Assembly (NCBI GenBank): GCA_964471235.1 | Contig: CAYYGL010000001.1 | Coordinates: 5,315-69,314 of the forward strand | Source: an uncultured Calditrichaceae bacterium | Lineage (GTDB): Bacteria > Calditrichota > Calditrichia > RBG-13-44-9 > J075 | Length of the DNA stretch: 64,000 nt | Reading direction: 5' to 3' | Shown here: positions 19,646 through 29,868 of the stretch, one piece after another | Layout of the letters: each line of letters starts with the position of its first letter | Numbering within the stretch: position 1 is the first letter of the stretch | The notes under the pieces: generated by a model | Seen by the model: the letters and a program-made list of their open reading frames with translations, nothing else | What the model was told of the DNA's origin: nothing | Database searches by the model: none | Translations under genes and position numbers: made by a program

Positions 19646-20335
19646 TTAGGCAACCCCCAGCAGCTCCGGCAATTCCGTCAGCGTGCGAATTTCCGCATCG
19701 GCGTGATAAGGGAGTTGTTCCGGGCGCTGCTGAAAGCGGTTCACCCAGACGACTTTTAACCCGTAGGCTTTTGCCCCGGCAACATCCCAGGCATTGCTGG
19801 AAAGAAACACAATGTCCCGTTTAAATACCTCAAATTCGTCTTCCGCCAGTTGATATACCCTGGGATGGGGTTTAAACACCCGCACTTTTTCCACGGAGAT
19901 AATGGCATCCAGCAGGCTGAACAACTGGCTGTTCTTTACTGCCGCTTCCAGCATTTTCGGGGAGCCGTTGGAGAGAATGGCGGTTTTGATATTCTTTTCT
20001 TTTAAACGCAGCAGTGCTTCCCGTACATCCGAATAACAGGTTAATTTCATGTATGCCTCCATCAACCGGTCAAACAGCTCCGGATTGGATAACCCGACCG
20101 CTCCAAAGGCATATTCCAGTGCTTCTTTGGTGACCTGCCAGAAATCGGCATGCCGCTGCATCAGGCTGCGCAGCCAGGTATATTCCAGTTGTTTGGTACG
20201 CCAGAGTACGGAGACCTGTTCAGCGGCTTCCCCCAGTTGTTCTTTATAGGGCGCCACGGCAGAGTGTACATCAAACAGGGTGCCGTAAGCGTCGAAGACA
20301 CAATATCGGATTCCGAGTAATGTTTTTTGGCTCAC
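19646..20335 (-). CDS. HAD-superfamily hydrolase, type II haloacid dehalogenase-like
   Basis: N-terminal motif I VFDAYGTLFDV, SNG, and a K...D motif, in 229 aa. Confidence 0.7.
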   Translation of the reverse strand: MSQKTLLGIRYCVFDAYGTLFDVHSAVAPYKEQLGEAAEQVSVLWRTKQLEYTWLRSLMQRHADFWQVTKEALEYAFGAVGLSNPELFDRLMEAYMKLTCYSDVREALLRLKEKNIKTAILSNGSPKMLEAAVKNSQLFSLLDAIISVEKVRVFKPHPRVYQLAEDEFEVFKRDIVFLSSNAWDVAGAKAYGLKVVWVNRFQQRPEQLPYHADAEIRTLTELPELLGVA

Positions 20336-20366
20336 AACTCTCTCCTGTGTTTAAAACAATGAAACG

Positions 20367-20849
20367 TTAACCCTGCCAGATGCCCAGGGCACGGCGCAGG
20401 GTAATCAACTGACCGACATGGTAGGCGTTGTGGTCAATCACCAGCAACATCTCCCGTAAATAGGTATACCCTTTGGCGTGGGGTAACTCGGACATGAGGT
20501 CAATTTTCGGATTGGCGGCAATTTCCTGGATCACCTGTAAATCCGAGCGTATTTGCTCGATGGTGGCATTCCAGGCAGCCTGGTCCGCTTCCTGACCCGG
20601 TTTTGGCCAGTAATCGCGGGGCCAGTCCGGAGTGACATAATCAGGATTGCGCATGAAATCGAGAATATCCCACTGGGCAAGGCGGATGTGTTCCAGGAGC
20701 TCCCAGGCAGTGTAGGGAATGCTCTTCACCCGGGCATTATAAAAGTCAGACGGAAAGTCGGCGATAGCCTGCTCAAAGGTCGCGTGGGCATTGGCATCTT
20801 TTAAAAAACTAACCAGAAGATTTCGGAGCACCTGATCGCTTTGTGACAT
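20367..20849 (-). CDS. DinB/YfiT-like (DinB_2/DUF1572-type) four-helix-bundle protein
   Basis: The MSQSD start at 20849 sits directly downstream of uvrA. The C-terminal HNAYHVGQLITLRR resembles the DinB-family His-triad segment. A paralogue lies at 31204-31752. Confidence 0.55.
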   Translation of the reverse strand: MSQSDQVLRNLLVSFLKDANAHATFEQAIADFPSDFYNARVKSIPYTAWELLEHIRLAQWDILDFMRNPDYVTPDWPRDYWPKPGQEADQAAWNATIEQIRSDLQVIQEIAANPKIDLMSELPHAKGYTYLREMLLVIDHNAYHVGQLITLRRALGIWQG

Positions 20850-20946
20850 CCAAATTTCTCCTTTTTTAAATTTTACTCGGATTTTCTTCCCGCTTTTGTG
20901 AAATCCCGGCACCTTTGAGATGTAGCCGCACTCTTTCGGAAACGCA

Positions 20947-23814
20947 TTATGAGGCTTCCTCCAGATCATGGGTTGCCTGATAGGTTAGCCAGTGGTCCAG
21001 TTCCTGTTTGAGAAATTTTCCGGTATAAGAGGTCGGGTGAGCTGCCACTTCCTCGGGCGTTCCTTCCGCCACAATTCGCCCGCCATCGTCACCGCCTTCC
21101 GGTCCCAGGTCAATAATCCAATCTGCCGTCTTGATCACATCCAGGTTGTGCTCAATAACAATCACCGTGTTGCCCTTTTCCACCAGGCGGTTCAGCACCT
21201 CCAGCAGCATCTTGATGTCATCAAAATGCAGCCCGGTGGTCGGTTCATCCAGAATATAAACCGTACGCCCGGTACCCACCAGGGAGAGTTCGGTCGCTAA
21301 CTTTACCCGCTGTGCTTCTCCGCCGCTCAGGGTGGTTGCCCGCTGACCGAGGTGGATGTAGCCCAGGCCCACATCGTGCAGGGTTTGCAATTTCCGCTTA
21401 ATGCTGGGGATTTTATCAAAAAACTCCAGGGCTTCATTGACGGTCATTTCCAGCACATCGGAAATGTTTTTTCCCCGGTATTTGATTTCCAGGGTTTCCC
21501 GGTTGTAGCGTAATCCGTGACACACCTCGCAGGTAATATAGACATCCGGCAGAAAGTGCATCTCGATTTTCTTCACCCCGTCGCCGTCGCAGGCATCGCA
21601 CCGCCCGCCCTTCACATTAAAACTGAACCGCCCCGGTTTGTAACCCCTGATTTTCGATTCCGGCAGCCGGGCAAACAGGTCGCGGATAAAGGTAAACACC
21701 CCGGTATAAGTCGCCGGATTGGAACGGGGCGTACGCCCGATGGGGGATTGATCAATGGCGATAATTTTGTCAACGTATTCCAATCCCTCTACTTTCCTAT
21801 ATTCCAGGGGGATTTTTTTGCTGTTATGTAGATAGGATGCCAGCAGGGGATAGAGGGTGTAATTCACCAGGGTGCTTTTACCGGAACCGGAGACGCCGGT
21901 AATGCAAATGAATTTTCCGAGTGGAAACTTCACCGTGATGTTTTTCAGATTGTTACCCCGGGCACCCTTCAGGGTTAAGAATTGACCGTTCCCTTCCCGC
22001 CGAAAGGGCGGCACCGGGATGTATTTTTTATAAGATAGATATTGCCCGGTGATGGAGCGGGGATTACGGGCAATCTGGCGGGGAGTGCCCTCCGCCACCA
22101 CTTCGCCGCCGTGTTTTCCGGCACCAGGTCCCAAATCGATCACATAATCCGCCGTCTCAATGGTCTCCCGGTCATGTTCCACCACTAAAACGGTGTTGCC
22201 AAGGTCTCGCAATTGCAGGAGTGTGTTGATCAGGCGGGTATTATCCCGCTGGTGTAAACCAATCGAGGGTTCATCCAAAACGTAGAGCACCCCCACCAAC
22301 TGGCTGCCGATCTGGGTTGCCAGGCGTATTCGCTGCGCTTCTCCACCGGATAAGCTGCCGGCAGTGCGATCCAGGGTGAGATATTCCAGACCGACGTTTA
22401 GCAAAAATTTTAACCGGGCTTTAATTTCTTTTAGAATTTGATGAGCAATGGTTTTTTCCTGGCGACTCAACTTTAAGGAATCAAAAAATTCAAAGGCGTT
22501 TTTGATATTTTTCGCGGTCACTTCTGCGATGTTCAAACCGGCAACTTTTACCCCTAATGCCTCTTTTCGCAGCCGGGCGCCGTGGCATTCCGGGCAGGGG
22601 ATTTCGTTCATGAATCCTTCTATCCAGGTACGGATATGTTGAGAAGCGGTCTGCCGATACCGCCGGTAAAGATTGTTGATGACCCCTTCAAAATTGGATG
22701 AAAATTCGAATTTGGAGCGTTCCCGTTGAAACCGAAAGGTAATTTTTTTACTACCCGTACCATACAGGATGATCTTTTTGATTTCTTCCGGTAATTTTTT
22801 CCAGGGAGTATTCAGGCTGAAGCCGAATTCTCGCGAGAGAGCCTCGATCATCTCGAAATACCAACTGGCGCGCTGAACCCCCACCGGTTGGATGGCGCCC
22901 TGATTGATGCTGAGATTGGGGTTGGGCACCACAAGCCGGGGATCTATTTCCAGCTTGAAACCCAGCCCGTCGCAGTTGGGGCAGGCGCCGTAAGGGCTGT
23001 TAAAGGAAAACATGCGCGGCTCCATCTCCTCATAACTGATATTGCAGCGCTGGCAGGAAAAGTGTTCGCTGAATAACTGTTCCTCGGCTGCGTCAATGTT
23101 ATCCAGAATCACCAGTCCGCTGCTCATCTTCAGGGCAATTTCTATCGATTCATTGAGCCGCTGACGAATTTTCGGGTGAATCTTCAAACGGTCAACAACC
23201 ACTTCAATGTTATGTTTGATTTTTTTGTTAAGCCGGATGTCATCCTCGATGCTGAACAATTTGCCGTCCACCCGCACCCGCACAAAACCTTCTCGTTTTA
23301 TCTCCTCGAACAAATCCCGGTATTCCCCCTTACGCCCCCGAACCACCGGGGCTAAAATTTGCACCCGGGTGTCTTCCGGAAGCTGCAAAATGGTATCGAC
23401 AATTTGTTGAGGAGTCTGGCGAGAAATGGGGTTTCCGCAATTGTAGCAATGGGGTTTTCCGATGCGGGCATATAGCAAGCGCAGGTAGTCATAGATTTCC
23501 GTAACCGTTGCCACCGTGGACCGGGGATTTCGATGGGTGGTTTTTTGCTCAATGGAGATTGCCGGGGACAGCCCATCAATGTAATCCACATCCGGTTTTT
23601 CCATTAATCCTAAAAATTGGCGGGCATAGGCGCTTAACGATTCCACATAACGGCGCTGTCCTTCCGCATAAATGGTATCAAACGCCAGACTGGATTTGCC
23701 CGACCCCGACAGACCGGTAATCACCACAAACTTCTGCCGGGGTATCCGAACGTCGATATTCTTTAAGTTATGTTCTCTCGCCCCTTTGACGATTAAAAAT
23801 TCTTTCTTACCCAT
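20947..23814 (-). CDS. uvrA: Excinuclease ABC subunit A
   Basis: 955 aa with two ABC ATPase modules ([12 protein letters not shown] and [11 protein letters not shown] Walker A; LSGGEAQR signatures twice) and zinc-finger CxxC pairs. Confidence 0.97.
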   Translation of the reverse strand: MGKKEFLIVKGAREHNLKNIDVRIPRQKFVVITGLSGSGKSSLAFDTIYAEGQRRYVESLSAYARQFLGLMEKPDVDYIDGLSPAISIEQKTTHRNPRSTVATVTEIYDYLRLLYARIGKPHCYNCGNPISRQTPQQIVDTILQLPEDTRVQILAPVVRGRKGEYRDLFEEIKREGFVRVRVDGKLFSIEDDIRLNKKIKHNIEVVVDRLKIHPKIRQRLNESIEIALKMSSGLVILDNIDAAEEQLFSEHFSCQRCNISYEEMEPRMFSFNSPYGACPNCDGLGFKLEIDPRLVVPNPNLSINQGAIQPVGVQRASWYFEMIEALSREFGFSLNTPWKKLPEEIKKIILYGTGSKKITFRFQRERSKFEFSSNFEGVINNLYRRYRQTASQHIRTWIEGFMNEIPCPECHGARLRKEALGVKVAGLNIAEVTAKNIKNAFEFFDSLKLSRQEKTIAHQILKEIKARLKFLLNVGLEYLTLDRTAGSLSGGEAQRIRLATQIGSQLVGVLYVLDEPSIGLHQRDNTRLINTLLQLRDLGNTVLVVEHDRETIETADYVIDLGPGAGKHGGEVVAEGTPRQIARNPRSITGQYLSYKKYIPVPPFRREGNGQFLTLKGARGNNLKNITVKFPLGKFICITGVSGSGKSTLVNYTLYPLLASYLHNSKKIPLEYRKVEGLEYVDKIIAIDQSPIGRTPRSNPATYTGVFTFIRDLFARLPESKIRGYKPGRFSFNVKGGRCDACDGDGVKKIEMHFLPDVYITCEVCHGLRYNRETLEIKYRGKNISDVLEMTVNEALEFFDKIPSIKRKLQTLHDVGLGYIHLGQRATTLSGGEAQRVKLATELSLVGTGRTVYILDEPTTGLHFDDIKMLLEVLNRLVEKGNTVIVIEHNLDVIKTADWIIDLGPEGGDDGGRIVAEGTPEEVAAHPTSYTGKFLKQELDHWLTYQATHDLEEAS

Positions 23815-24124
23815 ACTGCCTTTCCATGAGTGTTATCACTTCATTTAAAAATGGACCGGGAGGATGTCACCATCTCTCGCCATCAATTTACCTCCCTCAA
23901 TTAAAGCGCTATTTGTGTGTGCCTATCGGCACCAGCACATGTGCTGCCTTAGTGAACATTGATGCACGCCAAATATAGAGGATTAATGGGAAAACAGCAA
24001 CCGCAATTTGAATGAAGATTTTGAGAATCCGACCCCATTTCGGAAAAACCTGTGGTAACTATTCAGAAGGCAGACCATAAAGAGTTCCTGTATAAAGATG
24101 CATCTGTAATCAACAGTGTCTTTT

Positions 24125-24210
24125 TACCGCAATGATAGCAGCGGAGACGCGACGGCGGCCGCAACGGGAAAGAGACAAACATCTGTTCGTTGCGAACGTT
24201 GCGGTATAAC
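24125..24210. repeat. MITE/REP-like intergenic repeat, copy B
   Basis: See copy A. It lies in the uvrA–methyltransferase intergenic region. Confidence 0.6.
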
Positions 24211-24342
24211 ACCCTGAATCCCTACAACTTGTGAAAAGGGGAGAAGGGTTCCGGTTGGTGCCCATTTTGGGTTCCGGATTAATTTTCTTTTCGATTTTTG
24301 ATAGCATCTGCTTAACTTGCTCGCAAGGCATGATGTTATCGA

Positions 24343-24987
24343 ATGACTACAGTGGATATTGAGATGACAATTCAGGATGCCTACGACAGGTGGTCAATTA
24401 CGTACGACAGCGATAGAAACCGCACCCGCGACCTGGATGGCGAGGTTACCCGGAAGGTTTTGGGAAAGATGCGCTTCGAGCGGATTCTGGAAATTGGCTG
24501 CGGCACCGGAAAAAACACTGCTTTTCTATCCGGGATCAGCACATCGGTGCTGGCGTTGGATTTTTCGGAGAAAATGCTGAAGAAGGCAAAGCAGAAGAAA
24601 TTTGCCGGTGAGGTCACATTTGCCAGGGCAGACATTACCCAACCGTGGCAGATAGCGCAAAATATGTTCGATTTGATCTCCTGCAACCTGGTACTGGAAC
24701 ACATCGAAGACCTCACGTTTATCTTCTCCGAGGCAGCCCGGGTTTTAAAAGCCCCGGGATATTTCTTTATTTCCGAATTACATCCATTCCGGCAATACCA
24801 GGGCACCCAGGCAAATTTTAAAAACACCCAAGAAACGGTTGTGATACCGGCGTTCGTTCATCATATCTCGGAATTTTTAGGAGCTGCCATCCATGCCGGC
24901 TTTACCCTGATCGACTTACAGGAATGGTGGCATGAAGAAGATGCCGGCAAACCGCCCCGACTGTTGACCCTTTTGTTTGATAAATGA
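24343..24987 (+). CDS. Class I SAM-dependent methyltransferase
   Basis: ILEIGCGTGKNT motif I and an acidic motif II (ALDFSE), in 214 aa. Confidence 0.75.
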   Translation: MTTVDIEMTIQDAYDRWSITYDSDRNRTRDLDGEVTRKVLGKMRFERILEIGCGTGKNTAFLSGISTSVLALDFSEKMLKKAKQKKFAGEVTFARADITQPWQIAQNMFDLISCNLVLEHIEDLTFIFSEAARVLKAPGYFFISELHPFRQYQGTQANFKNTQETVVIPAFVHHISEFLGAAIHAGFTLIDLQEWWHEEDAGKPPRLLTLLFDK

Positions 24988-25010
24988 TATTCCAAATACT
25001 CTCCCCCTGT

Positions 25011-25130
25011 CCCACTGTCTCCCTGTCTTACTGTTCCACTGCCTTACTGCCCCACTGTCTTACTGTCTCCCTGTCGCACTGCCTTACTGCCTCACTGTCT
25101 TACTGTCCCACCGCCTCACTATCCCTCTCC
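25011..25130. repeat. Imperfect 40-bp tandem repeat x3 within a ~200-bp pyrimidine-rich, G-poor tract upstream of hpnC-like gene
   Basis: Units CCCACTGTCTCCCTGTCTTACTGTTCCACTGCCTTACTGC, CCCACTGTCTTACTGTCTCCCTGTCGCACTGCCTTACTGC and CTCACTGTCTTACTGTCCCACCGCCTCACTATCCCTCTCC. There are about 17 G in 200 nt. Confidence 0.6.
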
Positions 25131-25240
25131 CAAATCCCAATTTCACCATTTCCTCCCATCCCCCAATAATCATCCCAACTCCACCGCTTTATCTTCTATA
25201 ATTCACCTTTGAGAAGATAAAAAATCGAAGTATCTTTAAT

Positions 25241-26134
25241 TTGATGGAAGATATTAAGGAATTTGAAATGCTTTCGGTAAATACCGGGGCTGATATAGAA
25301 GCGGCGTACCGGGCATGCCGGAGGATTACCGAGACGCATTATGAGAATTTTCCGGTGGCGTCCCGATTGTTACCGGCGGGGGTACGGAAGCACATCTACC
25401 CGATTTATGCGTTTGCCCGCTATGCAGATGACCTGGCAGATGAGTACCGGGATGAAGAAGGGTTATTGCACTGGCGGGAAAAGCTGTATCGCTGTGTGAA
25501 TGAACCGGTTGACCACCCGATTTTCCTTGCCCTCGCTGACACCATTCACAAGAAAAATATTCCGGTGGCGTTGCTGGATGACCTTCTGTCGGCGTTTCTC
25601 CAGGATTTAACCAAAAACCGCTATCAGGATCTCACCGAGTTGCTTCACTACTGCCGGTTTTCCGCCAACCCGGTGGGACGGATTATTTTGCTGCTTCATG
25701 GCTATGGGGATGAATCCCTGATGCAACTCTCCGATATCATTTGCTCTGCCCTGCAACTGACCAATTTCTGGCAGGATATCAGCATTGATATTCACAAAGA
25801 TCGCTTATATATCCCCCTGAGCTATCTGGACAAATATGGGATAACGGAAGGTGAAATTTTTTCCGGGCGAACATCACACAATTTTCGACGTTTAATGTCC
25901 GAACTGGTCAGGGAAACCCGGCAAATGTATCGGAAGGGTTCCGGATTGTTGACTCATATCCGGGGAAGGCTGCGCTGGGAGTTGTATTTTACCATTGCCG
26001 GCGGGAAGCGGGTACTGGATAAAATTCAGCGGATAGATTACAATGTGTTGGATCAGCGGGTAAAATTGACGAAAAGAGACTGGCTCGTTCTCCTGATCCG
26101 TGGAGCGATTAAAAAAAAGAGGCGTTATGAATGA
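25241..26134 (+). CDS. hpnC: Squalene/phytoene synthase family enzyme, HpnC-like (first of two tandem paralogues)
   Basis: YENFPVAS, YAFARYADDLADE (first Asp-rich motif) and a second Asp-rich region. The assignment to hpnC rather than hpnD is by gene order and is uncertain. Confidence 0.7.
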   Translation: MMEDIKEFEMLSVNTGADIEAAYRACRRITETHYENFPVASRLLPAGVRKHIYPIYAFARYADDLADEYRDEEGLLHWREKLYRCVNEPVDHPIFLALADTIHKKNIPVALLDDLLSAFLQDLTKNRYQDLTELLHYCRFSANPVGRIILLLHGYGDESLMQLSDIICSALQLTNFWQDISIDIHKDRLYIPLSYLDKYGITEGEIFSGRTSHNFRRLMSELVRETRQMYRKGSGLLTHIRGRLRWELYFTIAGGKRVLDKIQRIDYNVLDQRVKLTKRDWLVLLIRGAIKKKRRYE

Positions 26135-26990
26135 AACAGTTTTAGACCCGGCGCTTACCCGGGAGAGCAAAAGTAGCTTTTTGTACTCCTTTTTTCTGTT
26201 ACCCAAAGAGAAACGTCGGGCAATCTACACACTTTATGCGTTTTGTCGTCAAACCGATGATATTGTTGACAACAACAACAGTCCCCTGGAAAAACGGCTC
26301 TGGTTGTTGAACCGCTGGGAAAAAGAGCTAAAGCGATGCTTTCTGAATCAGGTTTCCAACTACTTCGATTCCCTGCATCAGGTTGCCGAAGTTTTTAAAA
26401 TCCCATTTGAGTATTTTCTGGAGTTAATCGCCGGGGTACGGATGGATTTGACCGAAATCGGCTTTCGGTCTTTTGAAGACCTGAAACTGTATTGTTACCG
26501 GGTGGCTTCCATTGTTGGTTTAATGAGTATTGAAATTTTCGGTTACCGGGACCCCCAGATTAAACAATATGCGGAGAACCTGGGAATTGCCCTGCAGTTG
26601 ACCAATATCATCCGGGATGTCGGGGCGGATGCCCGGTTGGGGCGAATCTATATTCCCGAGGAAGACCTGGAACGATTTGCAGTGACAAAAGCCGAGATCA
26701 TGAATAAACGCTATAGCGACCGGTTTTATCAACTGATGAGTTTTCAATCCCGGCGGGCACGCAAGTATTACCAACTGGCAGAAGCGTATCTGCCCGGTTC
26801 GGAAAAGCTGAACATGCTGGTTTCCGAAATCATGAAAAACATTTACTGGCGCTTGTTAAACAAAATTGAAGCGGAACAATACAAAGTGCTGGATAGACGA
26901 CTATCGGTCTCCACCACTTCAAAAGTCTGGATTACCCTCCGCACGGTTTCCAAAATTAAGTTGGATAAAATGTTAGGAGAAGTCAGCTAA
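26100..26990 (+). CDS. hpnD: Squalene/phytoene synthase family enzyme, HpnD/CrtB-like (second tandem paralogue)
   Basis: YAFCRQTDDIVD and NIIRDVGADARLGRIYIPEED Asp-rich motifs. Its start overlaps the upstream paralogue by 35 nt. Confidence 0.7.
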   Translation: MERLKKRGVMNETVLDPALTRESKSSFLYSFFLLPKEKRRAIYTLYAFCRQTDDIVDNNNSPLEKRLWLLNRWEKELKRCFLNQVSNYFDSLHQVAEVFKIPFEYFLELIAGVRMDLTEIGFRSFEDLKLYCYRVASIVGLMSIEIFGYRDPQIKQYAENLGIALQLTNIIRDVGADARLGRIYIPEEDLERFAVTKAEIMNKRYSDRFYQLMSFQSRRARKYYQLAEAYLPGSEKLNMLVSEIMKNIYWRLLNKIEAEQYKVLDRRLSVSTTSKVWITLRTVSKIKLDKMLGEVS

Positions 26991-26991
26991 G

Positions 26992-28326
26992 ATGGCATCC
27001 GGTCGGGTGTTAATAGTCGGGGGAGGCGTTGCCGGCATCAGTGCCGCGGTTGCCGCCATCCGGAAAGGGCTGCAGCCGGTGTTGGTGGAAAAGAATCGTA
27101 CCCTGGGCGGCAGAGCCCGTTCCCTGTACGCCCGGGATATCCGCCGCACCATTGACAATGGGCAGCATGCCCTCTCCTACAATTATCAGCACACCCGCTG
27201 GTTATTGGCCACTCTGAATTCTCTTGAACGGATCCATTTTCAAAAGCGGCTGGAAATCCGTTTTTACCTGTCGCATCACCGTCGAATCCACTTTCGGGTC
27301 TGGAATTTACCGGTACCGTTTCATCTGCTCCTTCCGCTGTTTCTTCTTCTCCCCCTGACCCCGGCAGACCGAAAATTTTTGGTGCGCTGGGGGTGGATGA
27401 ACCGAAATCTGTCTGAATATCAACTGAAATCCATGACGGCAAGGGAATGGCTATACCAGGCAGGAGATGCCCCGGTGTTGGAACAAGTATTCTGGACGCC
27501 CCTGACGCTGGCAGCGCTGAACACGCCAATCGAAAACGCCAGCGCCCTTCTGCTGTACCGTGCGTTGCGGCAGGGATTTTTAAGCGGAGCTGCCCGGAGC
27601 GGTTTGGGGTTGCCGACAGATATGCTTGGTGAAATTTTTGCCAACCCTGCCGCACAGTTTATCCGCTCCCGGGGCGGATAGGTATTAACCGGCACTGCGA
27701 TAAAAAAAATAAATTCCGCCAACGGCAGAGTGGTTAGCGCCACAACCGGGCAGGGGAAAGTGCTAAACGCCAGGCACTTCGTTCTGGCAACCTCCCCCTC
27801 CGCCCTGGTAAAAATTCTTCACCGGAGTGAGACAGGGGAGGAAAAATGGTGGAAACCGTTTTCTAAATTCCAATATTCCCCGATTATTACCATAAATTTT
27901 TGGACCCGGGAGCCGCTTCCCGCCGGACCCCCCATTGCCCTGGTAAATTCGCCATTGCAGTGGATATTTCCAATACCCAACCACGATAAACCCGGAGAAG
28001 GATATGGCTATACCGGGGTTATCAGCGCCGCATTCCGTGAAGTAGATTGGGGAAGAGAAACACTATTGGAGATGATAGACCGGGAGTTTGTTCGGTTTTT
28101 TAAACGAAGCCTGGTAACGGATTTCCACCTGATCGAGAGCAAAATTATCAAAGAAAAAACCGCCACCATCCTGCAAACACCGGATTCGCTACGATTGCGC
28201 CCCGGCGGAGTCACGCCTTATCCCAATCTGGTATTGGCAGGAGATTGGCTGGATACCGGTCTGCCGGCAACTATCGAAAGTGCGGTGCAAAGCGGCAGAG
28301 AGGCAATTGATAAATTAACCGCATGA
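26992..28326 (+). pseudogene. hpnE: HpnE-like FAD-dependent amine-oxidase family oxidoreductase (hydroxysqualene dehydroxylase-like) interrupted by a single in-frame TAG at 27679-27681
   Basis: N-terminal dinucleotide fold VLIVGGGVAGISAA...VEKNRTLGGRARS. The reading frame continues unchanged through the TAG (…FIRSRGG*VLTGTAIKKINSANGRVVSATTGQ…) to 28326. Combined length is ~445 aa, as expected for HpnE. Confidence 0.7.
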
Positions 28327-28361
28327 TGGATACACCGGATCAAACACAAAAGGGGCACTTG

Positions 28362-29405
28362 ATGCCAATGGTTCAACTTAACATTCGCCTGTATGTCTAT
28401 TTTATGCTGATGCTGCCTGTTCTTGCGGCATGTGGCAAGGAGCCTCCGGCGGAGACTGTTCCGCTACCGGAAGGGAAACACTACTACCTGGGCGTAATCG
28501 CAAAGAATCTTGCCATTCAGATGGAATTATCATTTACCGATTCCACCGTTACCGGTAGTTACTATTATGAAAAGAATGGGACCGCAATACCCTTAACCGG
28601 CAAAATTGCAAAAGATGGAACGATTTTGTTGAAAGAATACGGCAAGGCTGACCAAATCACCGGGGAATTTAAGGGCAAGCCGGATGTAGCAACCAGGAAA
28701 ATTCGCGGTGCCTGGACCGGGAAAGAGAACGGAAAACGGCTAAGGTTTCAGTTAACGGAAGTAGCCGGTTATGTTTCGAGTGAAATGAAAGAGGACAACA
28801 TCACCGTCACAGCTAGTTATCCCCGGTTTCATTCCACTGCCGAATCCTTTCAACAACTGAACCGTCTGCTGCGAGATTCCGTTTCCCGGGAACAGCAGGA
28901 TTTTATCAACACCGGAAAAGAATATCTACAGCCGGAAGACCCGATGTATGAGATAGGGTGGCAGAAAGAGATTGATTATTCCATTAAGTATTACTCGGAG
29001 ACGCTGGTCAGCATATTGGAAACGGTTTCGGAATATACCGGCGGTGCTCATGGAAATTTAACCTATCGGTCTTTCAATTATCACATAACGCAAGATAAAC
29101 CGGTGCCGGTGAAGTTAACCGATTTGATTGTGCCGGAAGAACGTGGTATGGCGGTATTGTCGGAGAACTGTTTGCAGCAATTGCGAAAAAAAGGAGCCAG
29201 TGAAGTTACCGGTGGCAGGATACGGCAATTCAGGCCGGAGGACTTAAGCGCATTTACTTTAAATCCCGCCGGGATCACCATTTATTTTGCCCCTTATTCG
29301 GTGGCGTCTTATGCCGAGGGCACCTTTACAGTGCTGATACCTTATCAGGAGCTCAAAGATATCATTAAAACGAAGAGTCCGGTGGATGCTTTTATCAAAC
29401 GGTGA
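28362..29405 (+). CDS. DUF3298/DUF4163-family lipoprotein (RsiV/PdaC C-terminal-domain-like)
   Basis: Lipobox LAAC. The EYTGGAHGN segment matches the conserved GGAHG motif of DUF3298. The start is uncertain (28323-28368). Confidence 0.55.
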   Translation: MPMVQLNIRLYVYFMLMLPVLAACGKEPPAETVPLPEGKHYYLGVIAKNLAIQMELSFTDSTVTGSYYYEKNGTAIPLTGKIAKDGTILLKEYGKADQITGEFKGKPDVATRKIRGAWTGKENGKRLRFQLTEVAGYVSSEMKEDNITVTASYPRFHSTAESFQQLNRLLRDSVSREQQDFINTGKEYLQPEDPMYEIGWQKEIDYSIKYYSETLVSILETVSEYTGGAHGNLTYRSFNYHITQDKPVPVKLTDLIVPEERGMAVLSENCLQQLRKKGASEVTGGRIRQFRPEDLSAFTLNPAGITIYFAPYSVASYAEGTFTVLIPYQELKDIIKTKSPVDAFIKR

Positions 29406-29414
29406 GTGCGGCCG

Positions 29415-29747
29415 CTATTCGTTAAAATGTTGCAGCAGCATTATCGAACATTCCGGTTGAAAAATATTTAACGGGGTAAAAAGGATGATGTCGGATTTAC
29501 GTTTCACGGTTTTACGTCGCTCTAACAACGCATTGTAACGTGGGTCCAAAATTATCATTCGCCAGGCATGTTCAACGGCGGTCAGGTTGATGATGATGTT
29601 GTTTTTCAGATAGTCTTCGTAGCGTCTGCCCACTAACCGACGACGTTCCATTTGCGATCTCCTGACATCCTTGATAGCTTTGTTTAACATCCGATTCCGT
29701 TCGGATTTGCGGTGGTTAAGTTGTGTCGATACTGCTGAGTGTAACAA
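29415..29747 (-). CDS. Small basic hypothetical protein (110 aa)
   Basis: It is the only non-overlapping ORF in the 460-bp gap between two plus-strand genes. It is Arg/Lys rich with no recognised family. Confidence 0.25.
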   Translation of the reverse strand: MLHSAVSTQLNHRKSERNRMLNKAIKDVRRSQMERRRLVGRRYEDYLKNNIIINLTAVEHAWRMIILDPRYNALLERRKTVKRKSDIILFTPLNIFQPECSIMLLQHFNE

Positions 29748-29868
29748 ATGGTCCTCCCATATAGTTTAGAAATGCCCGACCCCCTAATAAACAATATTTC
29801 GGCAGCAAAGAGGTGTTCAATATCAATTTCGGAAGATAAAAATACAAAAAATTGGGGAGAAAAAGAAG

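Noticed and set aside
25011-25130. Possible CRISPR array
   Set aside because: There are only three imperfect 40-bp units directly abutting with no spacers, and no cas genes. It is a simple tandem repeat.
27038-27655. 205-aa minus-strand ORF
   Set aside because: It is antisense to the hpnE-like gene, which has a clear Rossmann FAD motif, so it is a shadow ORF.
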